Origin: Pristiophorus japonicus
Lineage: Eukaryota
Assembly: GCF_044704955.1 (NCBI RefSeq)
Contig: NC_091999.1
Coordinates: 65,658,001-65,722,000 of the forward strand
Length of the DNA: 64,000 nt
Direction of reading: 5' to 3'
Shown here one piece after another: positions 63,471-64,000 of this stretch. Under the pieces are notes generated by a model, which saw nothing but the letters and a program-made list of their open reading frames with translations, searched no databases and was not told where the DNA came from. Position numbers and translations under genes: made by a program. Position 1 is the first letter of the stretch, and every line of letters begins with the position of its first letter.

Positions 63471-64000
63471 CCCCCCCCGTTAGGATTGTTACTTACAGTT
63501 ACATTAGAGGCAACTGTGCTACCTCGGTAAGTTAGAGTTAATGGAATTACTCCTGCCTTTATACCAGAGAAGGCAATGTATGTTCAATAGTAATGTAACT
63601 CCTACTGTTAAAAAAGAAGGTGGCCATACGACTCTGATATTATTGGTACCCTGAACATACACTGGAATTTCCGATGGTCTTCTATTACTGATGTTCACAT
63701 ACACTTACACGGGAGATGACCGTGTTCCTCCAGTGCAAGTGCTAACTACAGCCACTCCAGCGGGTACAGTAGCCTTCCAGTGCTAATAATATCTACACTT
63801 ACACTTGAGGTGACCGTGCTCCTCCAGTACTAGTGGTGCACACACAATTACATAAGATCACAAGAAATAATAGTAGGATTAGGCCATTTGGAACCTCGAG
63901 CAAACTCCGCCATTCAATATGATCACAGCTGATCTGATCTTGCACTCAACTCCATTTTCCTGCCTCCTCCCCACAACCCTGACTGCCTTACCATTCACAA

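Larger units (their letters stand above)
41200..64000. repeat. Tandem segmental duplication, three units (~41200-47660, ~48400-56260, ~58280 to the window end)
   Basis: Same order in each unit: CR1(-) piece, unique spacer, SINE tail, CR1(+) 3' end, GPCR(-), conserved upstream block, 47-bp VNTR, CR1(-). GPCR ATGs at 45097, 52185 and 62052. Confidence 0.95.

Noticed and set aside
4548-64000. TCR D, J or C segments
   Set aside because: No nonamer-12-heptamer followed by FGxG, and no C1-set exon, found by eye; a decayed copy could have been missed.

Overview
Eukaryotic, repeat-dense genomic DNA, very probably from a cartilaginous fish (shark-type CR1/L2/RTE LINEs, a Deu-domain SINE, Penelope and Harbinger remnants). 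I find no intact protein-coding gene. Most long ORFs in the track are LINE fragments or stop-free minisatellites. Non-repeat content: (1) two T-cell-receptor alpha/delta-type V pseudogene segments at 2.6-4.5 kb, each with a leader exon, phase-1 intron, Ig V exon and 23-bp-spacer RSS; (2) four two-exon GPR139/GPR142-like GPCR pseudogenes, one on + (20255-29038) and three on - inside a tandem 7-10 kb segmental duplication (41-64 kb), each with a minisatellite about 430-500 bp upstream; (3) a chain of splice-site-bounded, partly phase-compatible minus-strand exon remnants (about 9.9-35.5 kb) of an unidentified decayed gene interleaved antisense with the + strand GPCR. Also present: at least six unrelated minisatellite families, degenerate TTAGGG repeats, a solo LTR and a twin-primed (5'-inverted) RTE insertion. 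Coordinates were read by eye. Repeat boundaries are approximate, and family names come from recalled motifs rather than database searches.
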